A DNA stretch of 57,111 bases from Bacteroidota bacterium (GTDB lineage: Bacteria > Bacteroidota > Bacteroidia > Chitinophagales > Chitinophagaceae). The notes below the pieces were generated by a model. The model was not told the origin of the DNA and ran no database searches. It was given only the letters and a program-made list of their open reading frames with translations. This document shows positions 39,791-49,483 of this stretch, one piece after another; position 1 is the first letter of the stretch, and every line of letters begins with the position of its first letter. Made by a program: the position numbers and the translations under genes. The stretch lies in the NCBI GenBank assembly GCA_041156925.1, contig JBEBDP010000011.1, forward strand, positions 1-57,111, given 5' to 3'.

Positions 39791-39970
39791 TTAGATTTCT
39801 TCCACTTTTACCAAGTGTTGAACTTTCTTGACCATACCCAAGATTTGAGCAGTAGCTTCTACTTCAACTGAAGCATTTACTTTACGCAAACCAAGTGCTT
39901 CCATCGTACGCTTTTGGCGCTCTGGACGATCAATTACACTTTTTACTTTTGTGATTCTTACCTTTTTCAT
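39791..39970 (-). CDS. rpmD: 50S ribosomal protein uL30
   Basis: MKKVRITKVKSVI...ALGLRK; ATG at 39970. Confidence 0.95.
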   Translation of the reverse strand: MKKVRITKVKSVIDRPERQKRTMEALGLRKVNASVEVEATAQILGMVKKVQHLVKVEEI

Positions 39971-40023
39971 ATTGAAACCCACTGGGGATTTTTTTTATTA
40001 ATGATGTTTACCTGATTCAGTGA

Positions 40024-40542
40024 TTAGCCATTGAAGACTTTCTTCAAACCGAGTGTTCTGGTTTTTGACACCTGAATCGGCTCACGAAGCAAGGCAAGTG
40101 CTTTGAAAGTAGCTTTTACCACGTTGTGCGGATTAGCAGAACCCAAAGATTTTGCCAATACGTCTGTGATACCAACACTTTCAAGAACAGCACGCATGCT
40201 ACCACCTGCGATCACACCAGTACCATGAGCAGCTGGCTTGATCAACACTTTAGAAGCACCTTCTTTAGCATATTGGTCATGAGGGATAGTACCTTTCATA
40301 ACTGGAACCTTAATTAGGTTCTTTTTAGCATCTTCTATTCCTTTGGTAATAGCCTCTTGAACTTCCTTAGCCTTACCAAGACCGTGTCCAACAACACCCT
40401 GTTCGTTACCAACAACTACCAATGCTGAGAAACTGAATGCTCTACCACCCTTTGTTGTTTTAACAACACGATTGATAGCCACAACTTTCTCTTTCAACTC
40501 AAGGTCTCCGGCTTTGACTTTGGTGTAATTTACTTTTGACAT
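40024..40542 (-). CDS. rpsE: 30S ribosomal protein uS5
   Basis: [30 protein letters not shown]. Confidence 0.98.
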   Translation of the reverse strand: MSKVNYTKVKAGDLELKEKVVAINRVVKTTKGGRAFSFSALVVVGNEQGVVGHGLGKAKEVQEAITKGIEDAKKNLIKVPVMKGTIPHDQYAKEGASKVLIKPAAHGTGVIAGGSMRAVLESVGITDVLAKSLGSANPHNVVKATFKALALLREPIQVSKTRTLGLKKVFNG

Positions 40543-40572
40543 CTATTGTAATATTAATTTGAATGAAATAGA

Positions 40573-40926
40573 TTAGAACTTAAGACCTCCCTCACGAGCA
40601 CCTTCTGCAACAGCTTTGATTCTTCCGTGGTAAAGGAAACCACCACGATCAAAAACACAAGAAGATAAGCCAAGTGCAATTGCTTTTTTAGCAATAGCTT
40701 CACCTACCATCTTAGACTTTTCAGTCTTTGTTCCTTTTTGAGCAGCGATATCTTTATCACGTGATGAAGCTGCAGCAAGAGTATTGCCATTAACATCATC
40801 GATCAATTGTGCATAGATATCGGTATTACTTCTGAATACGCTCAATCTTGGTAATTGCGCAGTACCTGATACTTTCTTGCGAATAGTATACTTGATTCTT
40901 TGTCTTCTTAATGCTTTTACGTTCAT
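40573..40926 (-). CDS. rplR: 50S ribosomal protein uL18
   Basis: [20 protein letters not shown]. Confidence 0.98.
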   Translation of the reverse strand: MNVKALRRQRIKYTIRKKVSGTAQLPRLSVFRSNTDIYAQLIDDVNGNTLAAASSRDKDIAAQKGTKTEKSKMVGEAIAKKAIALGLSSCVFDRGGFLYHGRIKAVAEGAREGGLKF

Positions 40927-40967
40927 TGCTTATGGTTTATCCTGATGCTGCCAGGAGTTATTTAATG

Positions 40968-41522
40968 TTATTTACCAGCTGCTTTACCTGCCTTACGACG
41001 GATGTATTCACCCTTGTACTTCACACCCTTTCCTTTGTATGGTTCAGGCTTTCTCAAGCTTCTGATTTTTGCTGCAACCTGACCAAGCAATTGCTTGTCG
41101 CTTCCCTCAAGGAAAATTCTTGGGTTATCACCTTTTTCCTGAGTGGTGGTTACTTTCAATTCTTTAGGTACCTCAAAAACGATATTGTGAGAATAACCTA
41201 GAGAAAGATCTAAGAGATTACCTTGGTTAGCAGCCTTATAACCCACACCCACCAACTCTAACTCTTTCTTGAAACCAGTGGTAACACCAACTACAAGGTT
41301 GTTTACCAAGGCTCTTGAAAGACCATGCAATGCACGGTGTCTGATTTGATCTGTTGGACGCTTAAGTTCAACAGTGCTACCATTGATTTCTACAGTGATA
41401 TCACGATCGATAGCCTGCTTCAATTCTCCTTTAGGGCCCTTTACAGTTACCACGTTATCCGATCCTACTGTGAGGGTTACACCTGCTGGAAGTTCAATTA
41501 ATTTCTTACCTATACGAGACAT
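40968..41522 (-). CDS. rplF: 50S ribosomal protein uL6
   Basis: MSRIGK, GVGYKA, PEPYKGKG. Confidence 0.98.
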   Translation of the reverse strand: MSRIGKKLIELPAGVTLTVGSDNVVTVKGPKGELKQAIDRDITVEINGSTVELKRPTDQIRHRALHGLSRALVNNLVVGVTTGFKKELELVGVGYKAANQGNLLDLSLGYSHNIVFEVPKELKVTTTQEKGDNPRIFLEGSDKQLLGQVAAKIRSLRKPEPYKGKGVKYKGEYIRRKAGKAAGK

Positions 41523-41622
41523 AGTATTTGTTTTTAATTCCTGTCGTTTACTTTTGGATGGTTTCAGTTCCGTATAGAAAACTTAGTGCGCAATCCAAAA
41601 CCTTCCGACGGGAAGATTGATT

Positions 41623-42021
41623 TTAATAAATATAGCAAAGGACTTCACCACCTACATTCTGGGCTTTCGCGTCTTTATCAGTCATCACACCCTTTGAAGT
41701 AGAAAGGATTGCAACACCAAGACCATTTTTCACTCTCTTGAATTCAAGTGGCTTGGCATATTGTCTCAAACCTGGACGTGATACACGCTCCATGGTTTTG
41801 ATTGCTGGTTCCTTTGTTGTAGGATCATACTTCAAAGCGATTTTGATTACGCCTTGCTTGCTATCATCTTCGAATTTGTATTTCAAGATATAACCTTGGT
41901 TATACAAAATCTCAGTGATTCTCTTCTTCAAGTTAGAAGCTGGAATCTCTACAATTCTGTGTCCTGCCATCTGTGCATTTCTGACCCTTGTCAGAAAGTC
42001 TGCGATTGGATCTGTTGTCAT
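41623..42021 (-). CDS. rpsH: 30S ribosomal protein uS8
   Basis: DPIADFLTRVRNA, SRPGLR.Y, STSKG. Confidence 0.98.
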   Translation of the reverse strand: MTTDPIADFLTRVRNAQMAGHRIVEIPASNLKKRITEILYNQGYILKYKFEDDSKQGVIKIALKYDPTTKEPAIKTMERVSRPGLRQYAKPLEFKRVKNGLGVAILSTSKGVMTDKDAKAQNVGGEVLCYIY

Positions 42022-42094
42022 ATTATTTTCCTCTTTAGTTCCGTTTAATCGGAATTATTTAGGTTTAAGTTTATTGTTTTCTAATTCGTTCCGT

Positions 42095-42364
42095 TTACCA
42101 GCTCGCTTTTTTCACGCCTGGGATTTTACCTGCAAGCGCCATTTCGCGGAAGGTTACCCTTGAAAGTCCGAAGAACCTCATGTAACCCTTAGGACGACCT
42201 GTGAGTTGACATCTGTTCTTTAAACGAACACTTGAAGAGTTTTTTGGAAGTTGGTCAAGCGCTTGCCACTCACCTGCAGCCTTTAGAGCAGCACGTTTTT
42301 CAGCAAACTTCTCCACCATTTTTTCTCTTTTCCTTTGTCTGGCTTTTACCGATTCTTTTGCCAT
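42095..42364 (-). CDS. rpsN: 30S ribosomal protein uS14 (89-aa, non-Zn form)
   Basis: [21 protein letters not shown]. Confidence 0.98.
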   Translation of the reverse strand: MAKESVKARQRKREKMVEKFAEKRAALKAAGEWQALDQLPKNSSSVRLKNRCQLTGRPKGYMRFFGLSRVTFREMALAGKIPGVKKASW

Positions 42365-42414
42365 AATCTTCTATAGTTGTGTTGATCGGGATGGTTACCC
42401 GTTATCGTTTTGAA

Positions 42415-42984
42415 TTAATCCTTTTTCATGTTTTTGAATGGCATACCAAGCTCCTTCAACAATTCGTAAGCCTCTTCGTTGTTTTTTGCAGTGGTTACGA
42501 AAGTGATATCCATACCAGTAATCTTGGTTACTTTATCGATATCAATCTCAGGGAAAATGATTTGCTCAGTAACGCCAAGTGTATAGTTACCACGACCATC
42601 AAAAGCTTTCTCACTAACTCCTTTAAAGTCACGCACACGTGGAAGAGAAGCTGCAATCAATCTGTCGAGGAATTCGAACATTTTTACACCGCGTAAAGTA
42701 ACGCGAGCACCAATTGGCATGTTCTTTCTCAACTTAAAGTTGGAGATGTCTTTCTTTGAACGTGTTGGAACAGCTTTTTGTCCTGTAATCATTGTCAATT
42801 CATCGATCGCGATATCGATCAACTTCTTGTCAGATACTGCACCATTCACACCTCTGTTAAGGCAGATCTTGGTCAATTTTGGTACCTGCATTACAGAACT
42901 GTAAGCAAATTTCTTCATCAAAGCAGGAACCACATCCTTGTGGTATTTTGCTTGTAATCTGGGTGTATAAGTAGATGTGCTCAT
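42415..42984 (-). CDS. rplE: 50S ribosomal protein uL5
   Basis: [28 protein letters not shown]. Confidence 0.98.
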   Translation of the reverse strand: MSTSTYTPRLQAKYHKDVVPALMKKFAYSSVMQVPKLTKICLNRGVNGAVSDKKLIDIAIDELTMITGQKAVPTRSKKDISNFKLRKNMPIGARVTLRGVKMFEFLDRLIAASLPRVRDFKGVSEKAFDGRGNYTLGVTEQIIFPEIDIDKVTKITGMDITFVTTAKNNEEAYELLKELGMPFKNMKKD

Positions 42985-43322
42985 TATTTGATAACCTCCC
43001 CTGACTTTTTAGATATTCTAACTAGTTTACCGTTTTCTCTTGTTCTTTTTGTTTTGGTTGCTACTTCTTTCTTAGCATCCCAAAGCATCACATTACTGAT
43101 GTGTATAGCCGCTTCCTTTTTAACCAATCCACCTTGCGTATTTTGCGCAGATGGTTTGGTGTGACGTGTTACAATGTTTACACCTTCAACAAGCACTCTT
43201 GATTTTTCTGGAATTACTTCCAAAACTTTACGAGGCTTTTTAAGGTCTTTGTCGTCACCAGCAATTACCACTACGGTATCGCCTTTTTTAATATTGAATT
43301 TGGCCTTGAATCTATTGCTCAT
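42984..43322 (-). CDS. rplX: 50S ribosomal protein uL24
   Basis: [28 protein letters not shown]. Confidence 0.97.
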   Translation of the reverse strand: MSNRFKAKFNIKKGDTVVVIAGDDKDLKKPRKVLEVIPEKSRVLVEGVNIVTRHTKPSAQNTQGGLVKKEAAIHISNVMLWDAKKEVATKTKRTRENGKLVRISKKSGEVIK

Positions 43323-43361
43323 CTTCTTTATTTTATACGTTGTTCACGCAGTTATTGACTA

Positions 43362-43730
43362 TTAAAGCACTTCCGGTGCAAGTGAGATAATCTTCATGTA
43401 TCCCTTGTCCCTCAACTCACGGGCAACTGGGCCGAAGATACGTGTACCTCTTGGCTCGTCTGATGCGTTGAGTATCACCACTGCATTGTCATCGAAACGG
43501 ATGTAAGAACCATCCTTACGACGAAGCTTGTTCTTGGTGCGAACGATAACCGCTTTGGCAACAGTACCTTTTTTGATACCACCTGCAGGAATTGCATCTT
43601 TAACGGTAACAACAATCTTGTCACCAATCTTGGCATAATCCTGGCCACTGTTTCCCAATACACGGATACAAAGCACTTCTTTGGCACCGCTGTTATCTGC
43701 TACATTCAATCTGGATTCTTGCTGAATCAT
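43362..43730 (-). CDS. rplN: 50S ribosomal protein uL14
   Basis: [36 protein letters not shown]. Confidence 0.99.
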   Translation of the reverse strand: MIQQESRLNVADNSGAKEVLCIRVLGNSGQDYAKIGDKIVVTVKDAIPAGGIKKGTVAKAVIVRTKNKLRRKDGSYIRFDDNAVVILNASDEPRGTRIFGPVARELRDKGYMKIISLAPEVL

Positions 43731-43796
43731 TGTTTTATATTTTATCCGGCTACTGCCGTGTGGTTAACGATGTGTCTTTTGACGTTCGTGAATACC

Positions 43797-44054
43797 TTAT
43801 TTTGCTTTTTCGATAATCTCAACCAATCTCCAACGCTTTGTCTTACTCAAAGGTCTTGTCTCCATGATTCTTACAACATCACCAGGCTTTGCCTCATTCT
43901 TCTCATCATGCGCATGGAACTTAGTCGTCTTTTTAACGAACTTTCCATAAATAGGGTGTTTTACCTTTCTCTCAACTGCAACTGTGATGGTCTTTTCCAT
44001 TTTGTCGCTGCTGACTACCCCTGTTTTGGTTTTGCGAATTTTTCTATCAAGCAT
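43797..44054 (-). CDS. rpsQ: 30S ribosomal protein uS17
   Basis: [28 protein letters not shown]. Confidence 0.98.
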   Translation of the reverse strand: MLDRKIRKTKTGVVSSDKMEKTITVAVERKVKHPIYGKFVKKTTKFHAHDEKNEAKPGDVVRIMETRPLSKTKRWRLVEIIEKAK

Positions 44055-44106
44055 TTTTTCTATTTTTTATTCCGACTACTCGGAATTGATTTACATGATT
44101 GGTTGA

Positions 44107-44313
44107 TTAAGCCAAGGTTCTTTTTTTCAATTCAGTTTTAAGTCTTGAAATATCTCTTCTCAGCGCTCTGATGCTCATAGGATTTTCAAGTGGAGTGATT
44201 GCGTGAGCAAACTGCATTTTCTTCAAACGCGTTTCATCTTCACCGATCTTAGCCTTGATATCAGCATCACTAAGTGAAGCGAGGCTTTTTAAAAAATCAA
44301 TCTTTTTTGACAT
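44107..44313 (-). CDS. rpmC: 50S ribosomal protein uL29
   Basis: Lies between rplP and rpsQ; LENPMSIRALRRDISR. Confidence 0.93.
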   Translation of the reverse strand: MSKKIDFLKSLASLSDADIKAKIGEDETRLKKMQFAHAITPLENPMSIRALRRDISRLKTELKKRTLA

Positions 44314-44341
44314 GTTACAGTAGTTTAACTTTCTTTATTCC

Positions 44342-44761
44342 TTATGCTACAAGATCTCTACGGATCACAAATTTGGTTTTAATCGGAAGCTTGGCAGCAG
44401 CGAGATGCATCGCATCTTTTGCTACTTGTTCTGAAACGCCTTCCACTTCAAACAAAATCCTTCCTGGTTCAACAACAGCTGCCCAGAATTCAGGATTACC
44501 TTTACCCTTACCCATCCTCACTTCTTGTGGCTTGCGGGTTACTGGCTTATCAGGGAAAATTCTGATCCATACATTACCTTCCCTTTTCATAGCACGGGTC
44601 ATTGCCTGACGTGCTGCTTCGATTTGTCTATTGGTCATCCAAACAGGTTCCATTGCTTTTAGTCCGTATGAACCAAATGCCAATGTGGTTCCTCTCTTCG
44701 CTACCTCTCTGATCCTTCCTTTCTGAGCCTTCCTGTGTTTCGTTCTTTTTGGTTGTAACAT
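44342..44761 (-). CDS. rplP: 50S ribosomal protein uL16
   Basis: [24 protein letters not shown]. Confidence 0.98.
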   Translation of the reverse strand: MLQPKRTKHRKAQKGRIREVAKRGTTLAFGSYGLKAMEPVWMTNRQIEAARQAMTRAMKREGNVWIRIFPDKPVTRKPQEVRMGKGKGNPEFWAAVVEPGRILFEVEGVSEQVAKDAMHLAAAKLPIKTKFVIRRDLVA

Positions 44762-44797
44762 CTTGAAGTATGTTTATAAATACACTTAATGATTTAA

Positions 44798-45565
44798 TTA
44801 TCCTCTGCGATCTCTTGGTCCGCGTCTGTCATCACGACCACCACCTCTTCTGTCGTCACGTCCACCACCACGAGAATCTCTTCTCTCAGTAGTTTCTGCT
44901 TTACCACCTACAAAATTTGGATTAAGATCACGCTTAGCAAGAACCTCACCTTTACAAATCCATACTTTGATACCAATCTTACCATATACAGTCTGTGCAA
45001 ACACAGATGCATAATCGATATCCATTCTGAAAGTATGCAAAGGAACACGTCCTTGTTTGATTTCTTCTGAACGTGCAATCTCAGCACCACCGATTCTTCC
45101 GCTTACCTTGATCTTGATACCTTCAGCACCAAGACGAAGTGTAGAAGCAATGGCCATCTTAATAGCACGCTTGTAGTTGATACGGTTTTCAATTTGCTTG
45201 GCAATTGTTTCACCAACAATGTTCGCATCCAACTCAGGACGACGAATCTCAAGAATGTTGATTTGAACATCTTCCTTGCCAGTAAGCTTCTTCAACTCTT
45301 CCTTGATTCTATCAACCTCTCCACCACCTTTACCAATGATGATACCTGGCTTAGATGTATGAATAGTTACAATCAATTTATTTAAAGTACGCTCGATCAC
45401 TATCTTGGCGATACCACCCTTATTGATACGGGCATTGAGGTAATTACGGATTTTGTTATCCTCGATGAGCTTGGTAGCATAATCTTTTTTGTTACCATAC
45501 CAGTTACTCTCCCATCCGCGGATGATACCTAACCTATTGCCAATTGGATTCGTTTTTTGACCCAT
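44798..45565 (-). CDS. rpsC: 30S ribosomal protein uS3
   Basis: [31 protein letters not shown]-rich tail. Confidence 0.98.
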   Translation of the reverse strand: MGQKTNPIGNRLGIIRGWESNWYGNKKDYATKLIEDNKIRNYLNARINKGGIAKIVIERTLNKLIVTIHTSKPGIIIGKGGGEVDRIKEELKKLTGKEDVQINILEIRRPELDANIVGETIAKQIENRINYKRAIKMAIASTLRLGAEGIKIKVSGRIGGAEIARSEEIKQGRVPLHTFRMDIDYASVFAQTVYGKIGIKVWICKGEVLAKRDLNPNFVGGKAETTERRDSRGGGRDDRRGGGRDDRRGPRDRRG

Positions 45566-45586
45566 TATGATTCAGTTTGAATGTTC

Positions 45587-45925
45587 TTAATTTTTTGCAT
45601 CAACAATTACAGTGACATGGTTGCTACGCTTGCGCATACGGTAAGCACGACCCTGTGGCGCAGGAAGCATACGCTTGATGCTGCGTGCACCGTCTACAAA
45701 GATGGTCTTCACCACAAGTGCTTCTACATTTCCACCTTCGTTCTTCTGCTTCCAGTTGCTTACTGCTGATAAAACCAGCTTACGCAATGGAGTTGCACTG
45801 TGCTGAGGATGGTGCTCCAAAATAGCCACGGCTTGTTCAACTTTCATCCCACGGATATGATCCGCCAAAAGACGCATCTTACGAGGTGAGGTTGGGTAAT
45901 TTCTCAATTTTGCTACTGCTTCCAT
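45587..45925 (-). CDS. rplV: 50S ribosomal protein uL22
   Basis: SPRKMRLLAD.IRG, PAPQGRA. Confidence 0.97.
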   Translation of the reverse strand: MEAVAKLRNYPTSPRKMRLLADHIRGMKVEQAVAILEHHPQHSATPLRKLVLSAVSNWKQKNEGGNVEALVVKTIFVDGARSIKRMLPAPQGRAYRMRKRSNHVTVIVDAKN

Positions 45926-45963
45926 AATTTATTTTTTCCGCCCGGATAGCCTCCGGAACCTGT

Positions 45964-46233
45964 TTATACTTTCTTGCTTGAGTGTCCTTTGAAGTTTCTT
46001 GTAGGTGCAAATTCACCGAGCTTGTGGCCCACCATGAATTCAGTTACGTACACAGGGATAAACTTGTTACCATTGTGAACAGCAAATGTGTGACCTACGA
46101 AGTCAGGTGTAATGGTACTTCTGCGGCTCCATGTTTTCACAACAGCCCTCTTTGATTTACCATCATTCATCGCTTCAACCTTCTTCTCTAATTTGGCCGC
46201 TACATACGGACCTTTTCTAATTGAACGAGCCAT
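45964..46233 (-). CDS. rpsS: 30S ribosomal protein uS19
   Basis: [24 protein letters not shown]. Confidence 0.99.
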   Translation of the reverse strand: MARSIRKGPYVAAKLEKKVEAMNDGKSKRAVVKTWSRRSTITPDFVGHTFAVHNGNKFIPVYVTEFMVGHKLGEFAPTRNFKGHSSKKV

Positions 46234-46270
46234 AATATTGTTTTCGTGTTATGTGTTCTTTTCTTAATTA

Positions 46271-47110
46271 TTATTTAGCCAACTTGCTTCCGTTCTTACG
46301 CTGGATAATCAACTTATCACTGCCTTTTCCAAGCGTTCTTGTCTTTTCACCTTTAGCGTATTTACCAGTACGGCTACGTGGATGACCTCCTGAAGATCTA
46401 CCTTCACCACCACCCATTGGGTGATCAACTGGGTTCATGGCAACACCCCTGTTACGAGGACGAATACCTTTCCAACGGTTTCTACCCGCTTTACCCATGC
46501 TCTCAAGACTGTGATCTGAGTTAGAAAGTACACCAACTGTTGCGAAACAATTGATCAATACCTTTCTCAATTCACCTGAAGGCATTTTCAATACTGCATA
46601 TTTCTCTTCCTTGTTGGTCAACTGCGCTGAAGCACCTGCACTACGTGCAATCTTACCACCCTGACCAGGCTGCATTTCAATGTTGTGAACGTTGGTACCC
46701 AAAGGCATGTTCTTCATCATCAAAGCATTACCAACCTCTGGAGCAACTGCAACTCCACTTACAACAGTCATTCCTACTTCCAAACCTTGTGGAGCAAGGA
46801 TGTATCTTTTCTCACCATCAGCATAATTCAACAATGCGATGAATGCTGTTCTATTTGGATCATACTCAATAGAAGCCACTTTCGCAGGAATCTCATGCTT
46901 GTTGCGCTTGAAATCAATAACACGGTACATTTTTTTGTTACCGCCACCGATATAACGCATTGCACGACGACCTTGCGCATTTCTACCGCCAGTCTTCTTT
47001 ACTGTCTCCAACAAAGACTTTTCTGGAGTGTTTGTAGTAACCTCCGCATAGGCGTTACCGATTCTCCATCTTGTACCGGCTGTAATAGGTTTGTATTTCT
47101 TTAATGCCAT
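46271..47110 (-). CDS. rplB: 50S ribosomal protein uL2
   Basis: [30 protein letters not shown]. Confidence 0.99.
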   Translation of the reverse strand: MALKKYKPITAGTRWRIGNAYAEVTTNTPEKSLLETVKKTGGRNAQGRRAMRYIGGGNKKMYRVIDFKRNKHEIPAKVASIEYDPNRTAFIALLNYADGEKRYILAPQGLEVGMTVVSGVAVAPEVGNALMMKNMPLGTNVHNIEMQPGQGGKIARSAGASAQLTNKEEKYAVLKMPSGELRKVLINCFATVGVLSNSDHSLESMGKAGRNRWKGIRPRNRGVAMNPVDHPMGGGEGRSSGGHPRSRTGKYAKGEKTRTLGKGSDKLIIQRKNGSKLAK

Positions 47111-47142
47111 GATTTTATTTTTTTAGCCTAGGGCTTTTTCAA

Positions 47143-47442
47143 TTAAATATTTGCGTACAAATCAATTGTGTCACCTTCACCAACAGTAACAAAAGCTTTC
47201 TTGTAAGATGGCTTTCTACCGCTGATTACACCAGCTTTGGTCATACGGCTTTTGCTCTTTGCTGGAGCAACTGCTGTTCTAACATCTTCAACTGTAACAC
47301 CGTAAAAATCTTCAACCGCTTTCTTGATCTCCAATTTGTTGGCCATACGGGCAACCTTGAAAGAATAAACGCGGCGCTTCTCTGAAAGCTGATTTGCCTT
47401 TTCCGAAAGAATGGGCTTTACCAATACATCAGCAAGTTTCAT
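47143..47442 (-). CDS. rplW: 50S ribosomal protein uL23
   Basis: P.LSEKA, ANKLEIKKAVE, KKAFVT. Confidence 0.96.
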   Translation of the reverse strand: MKLADVLVKPILSEKANQLSEKRRVYSFKVARMANKLEIKKAVEDFYGVTVEDVRTAVAPAKSKSRMTKAGVISGRKPSYKKAFVTVGEGDTIDLYANI

Positions 47443-47471
47443 ATTTCGTGTTTAATTAATTTAATAATAGT

Positions 47472-48110
47472 TTATGCTTCAGCTCCTTCTTCCATTTCTG
47501 AAAACAACTTTGCAGCTGACTCAGATAAAACAAGCACATCTGCATTCATCACATCATAAGTATTGATGTCTGAAAGAACAGAAGTCAATACAGAAGGAAT
47601 ATTTCTAGCACTAACAAATACATTTTCATTCAACTCAGGCATCACATACAAAGCCTTCTTGTCAAGAACATTTAAGCTCTTCAACATACCTGCGAAAGTT
47701 GCAGTCTTTGGAGCCTCTAATTGAAGATCTTCAACTACTACAATTGCATTTGCTTTGTTCTTGTGGCTCAATGCGCTGATTTTAGCCAAATCCTTCACAC
47801 GACGATTCAATTTAATGTCGTAAGCGTGAGGCTTTGGACCAAAAATGGTACCACCACCCTTATACAATGGGTTACGGAGGTTACCCTTACGAGCACCACC
47901 GGTACCTTTTTGGCGATGTAACTTTCTGCTTGCACCTTGTACTTCAGCACGTGTCTTTACTTTGTGTGTACCCTGACGCTGAGCAGCCAAAAACTGCTTC
48001 ACGGCAAGATAGATCACGTGGTTGTTTGGTTCTGCACCAAATATTTCGTCAGGCAACTCAACCGACCTGCCTGTCTTACTTCCTGTTAATGATAATACGT
48101 CTACTTGCAT
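47472..48110 (-). CDS. rplD: 50S ribosomal protein uL4
   Basis: RQGTHKVKTRAEV, QKGTGGAR.G, GGG..FGP.P. Confidence 0.98.
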   Translation of the reverse strand: MQVDVLSLTGSKTGRSVELPDEIFGAEPNNHVIYLAVKQFLAAQRQGTHKVKTRAEVQGASRKLHRQKGTGGARKGNLRNPLYKGGGTIFGPKPHAYDIKLNRRVKDLAKISALSHKNKANAIVVVEDLQLEAPKTATFAGMLKSLNVLDKKALYVMPELNENVFVSARNIPSVLTSVLSDINTYDVMNADVLVLSESAAKLFSEMEEGAEA

Positions 48111-48124
48111 GATCTATGCGTTAA

Positions 48125-48742
48125 TTATTTCTGAATGTAAACAATGGAACCGTTGTGACCCGGAACACAACCACTGATCAAAATGTAATTCTTCTCAGCA
48201 AAAATCTTTACCACTTTGAGTCCTTTTACTTTCACACGATCACCACCCATACGGCCGGCCATACGCATGCCCTTGAAAACTCTTGATGCATCGGATGAGT
48301 TACCGATAGAACCTGGTGCACGCTGACGATCGTGCTGACCATGCGATTGTTCTCCAACACCAGAAAAACCATGGCGCTTTACAACACCCTGGAATCCCTT
48401 ACCTTTTGAAGTACCAACCACATCCACTTTTTCACCTTCAGCGAAGATTTCACAAGTGATGGTTTCACCAATGTTTTTCTCAAGGCTATAGTCCCTGAAT
48501 TCTTTTACAAAACTTTTTGGAGCAGTAGAGGCCTTAGCAAAATGGCCTTTTTCAGATGCATTTGCTCTTTTGTCGGCTTTTTCACCGTAAGAGAGCTGAA
48601 GGGCAGTGTAACCGTCGCCTTCCTTTGTCTTAACCTGTGTTACGACACATGGACCAGCTTCAATGACGGTGCACGGGGTTTGTTTCCCGTCGGGACCGAA
48701 GATGCTGGTCATCCCAATTTTTTTACCGATAATTCCTTTCAT
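48125..48742 (-). CDS. rplC: 50S ribosomal protein uL3
   Basis: [36 protein letters not shown]. True start at 48742 rather than 48787. Confidence 0.98.
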   Translation of the reverse strand: MKGIIGKKIGMTSIFGPDGKQTPCTVIEAGPCVVTQVKTKEGDGYTALQLSYGEKADKRANASEKGHFAKASTAPKSFVKEFRDYSLEKNIGETITCEIFAEGEKVDVVGTSKGKGFQGVVKRHGFSGVGEQSHGQHDRQRAPGSIGNSSDASRVFKGMRMAGRMGGDRVKVKGLKVVKIFAEKNYILISGCVPGHNGSIVYIQK

Positions 48743-49019
48743 TTTCTTTTGTTTTTGCCCTTTTCGGTTAAATGGACAGTGAGGCAATGACCTCGCTTCA
48801 ATCCCAGTTTGCTACCGACCTTTTCCGCTTTTCCCGAATCTACAGGATGGAAGTACCGATAGTAAACAAACCTCGAAGGGCTTGTTTATATTTCAACTCT
48901 CTTTTGAGAGATAAAATTAAGTTCAGCGCTCCTTTTTCTCATGCCAACGGCAATCAGTTAGGAGATGAATGAAAAAGAACTGTGTTGTTCTGCATCAGCA
49001 GAACAACGACAAGACCTCA
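48743..49019 (-). promoter_or_regulatory. Long structured rpsJ-rplC intergenic RNA (candidate cis-regulatory leader)
   Basis: At least four stem-loops, including the perfect 10-bp GTTGTTCTGC-ATCA-GCAGAACAAC at 48984-49007. Confidence 0.5.
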
Positions 49020-49325
49020 TCAGGCCTTGATTTCTACATCAACACCACTTGGAAGATCGAGCTTGCTCAATGCATCAACAGTACGTGAAGATGAAGTATA
49101 AATGTCAAGCAAACGCTTGTGTGTACACAATTGGAACTGCTCACGCGCCTTCTTGTTAACGTGTGGCGACTTCAACACAGTGAAAATTCTTTTCTGCGTA
49201 GGCAAAGGAATTGGACCGGTAATAACGGCTCCTGTGCTGCGCACGGTTTTCACAATCTTCTCCGCAGATTTGTCAACGAGGTTGTGGTCGTATGACTGCA
49301 ATTTTATCCTGATTCGCTGTGACAT
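49020..49325 (-). CDS. rpsJ: 30S ribosomal protein uS10
   Basis: [32 protein letters not shown]; ATG at 49325. Confidence 0.99.
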   Translation of the reverse strand: MSQRIRIKLQSYDHNLVDKSAEKIVKTVRSTGAVITGPIPLPTQKRIFTVLKSPHVNKKAREQFQLCTHKRLLDIYTSSSRTVDALSKLDLPSGVDVEIKA

Positions 49326-49355
49326 AGTTATACTCCCATTTTTTAAATGGGGATG

Positions 49356-49363
49356 CAAAAGTA
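49356..49363 (-). promoter_or_regulatory. S10 operon promoter -7 element TACTTTTG
   Basis: TAnnTTTG match 30 nt above the rpsJ ATG and downstream of the fusA terminator. Confidence 0.7.
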
Positions 49364-49430
49364 GGAATAAGTTTTATACTTACAAAAGAAATCGCTAAAA
49401 TTTTCGGGGGAAATCTGCGATTGGGGAAAG

Positions 49431-49458
49431 AAAAAAGTCCCGGTGGGTACCGGGACTT
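49431..49458 (-). terminator. fusA intrinsic terminator
   Basis: AAGTCCCGGT-GGGT-ACCGGGACTT with an A-run on the plus strand (T-run on minus). Confidence 0.88.
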
Positions 49459-49483
49459 AACCTATTCAAAATCAATGTGCTGA

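Noticed and set aside
42095-42364. uS14 without Zn-ribbon cysteines
   Set aside because: The 89-aa non-Zn form is normal in Bacteroidota.
48772-48972. 66-aa plus-strand ORF in the rpsJ-rplC spacer
   Set aside because: It is antisense to a strongly transcribed operon with no promoter or motif; RNA structure explains the region better.
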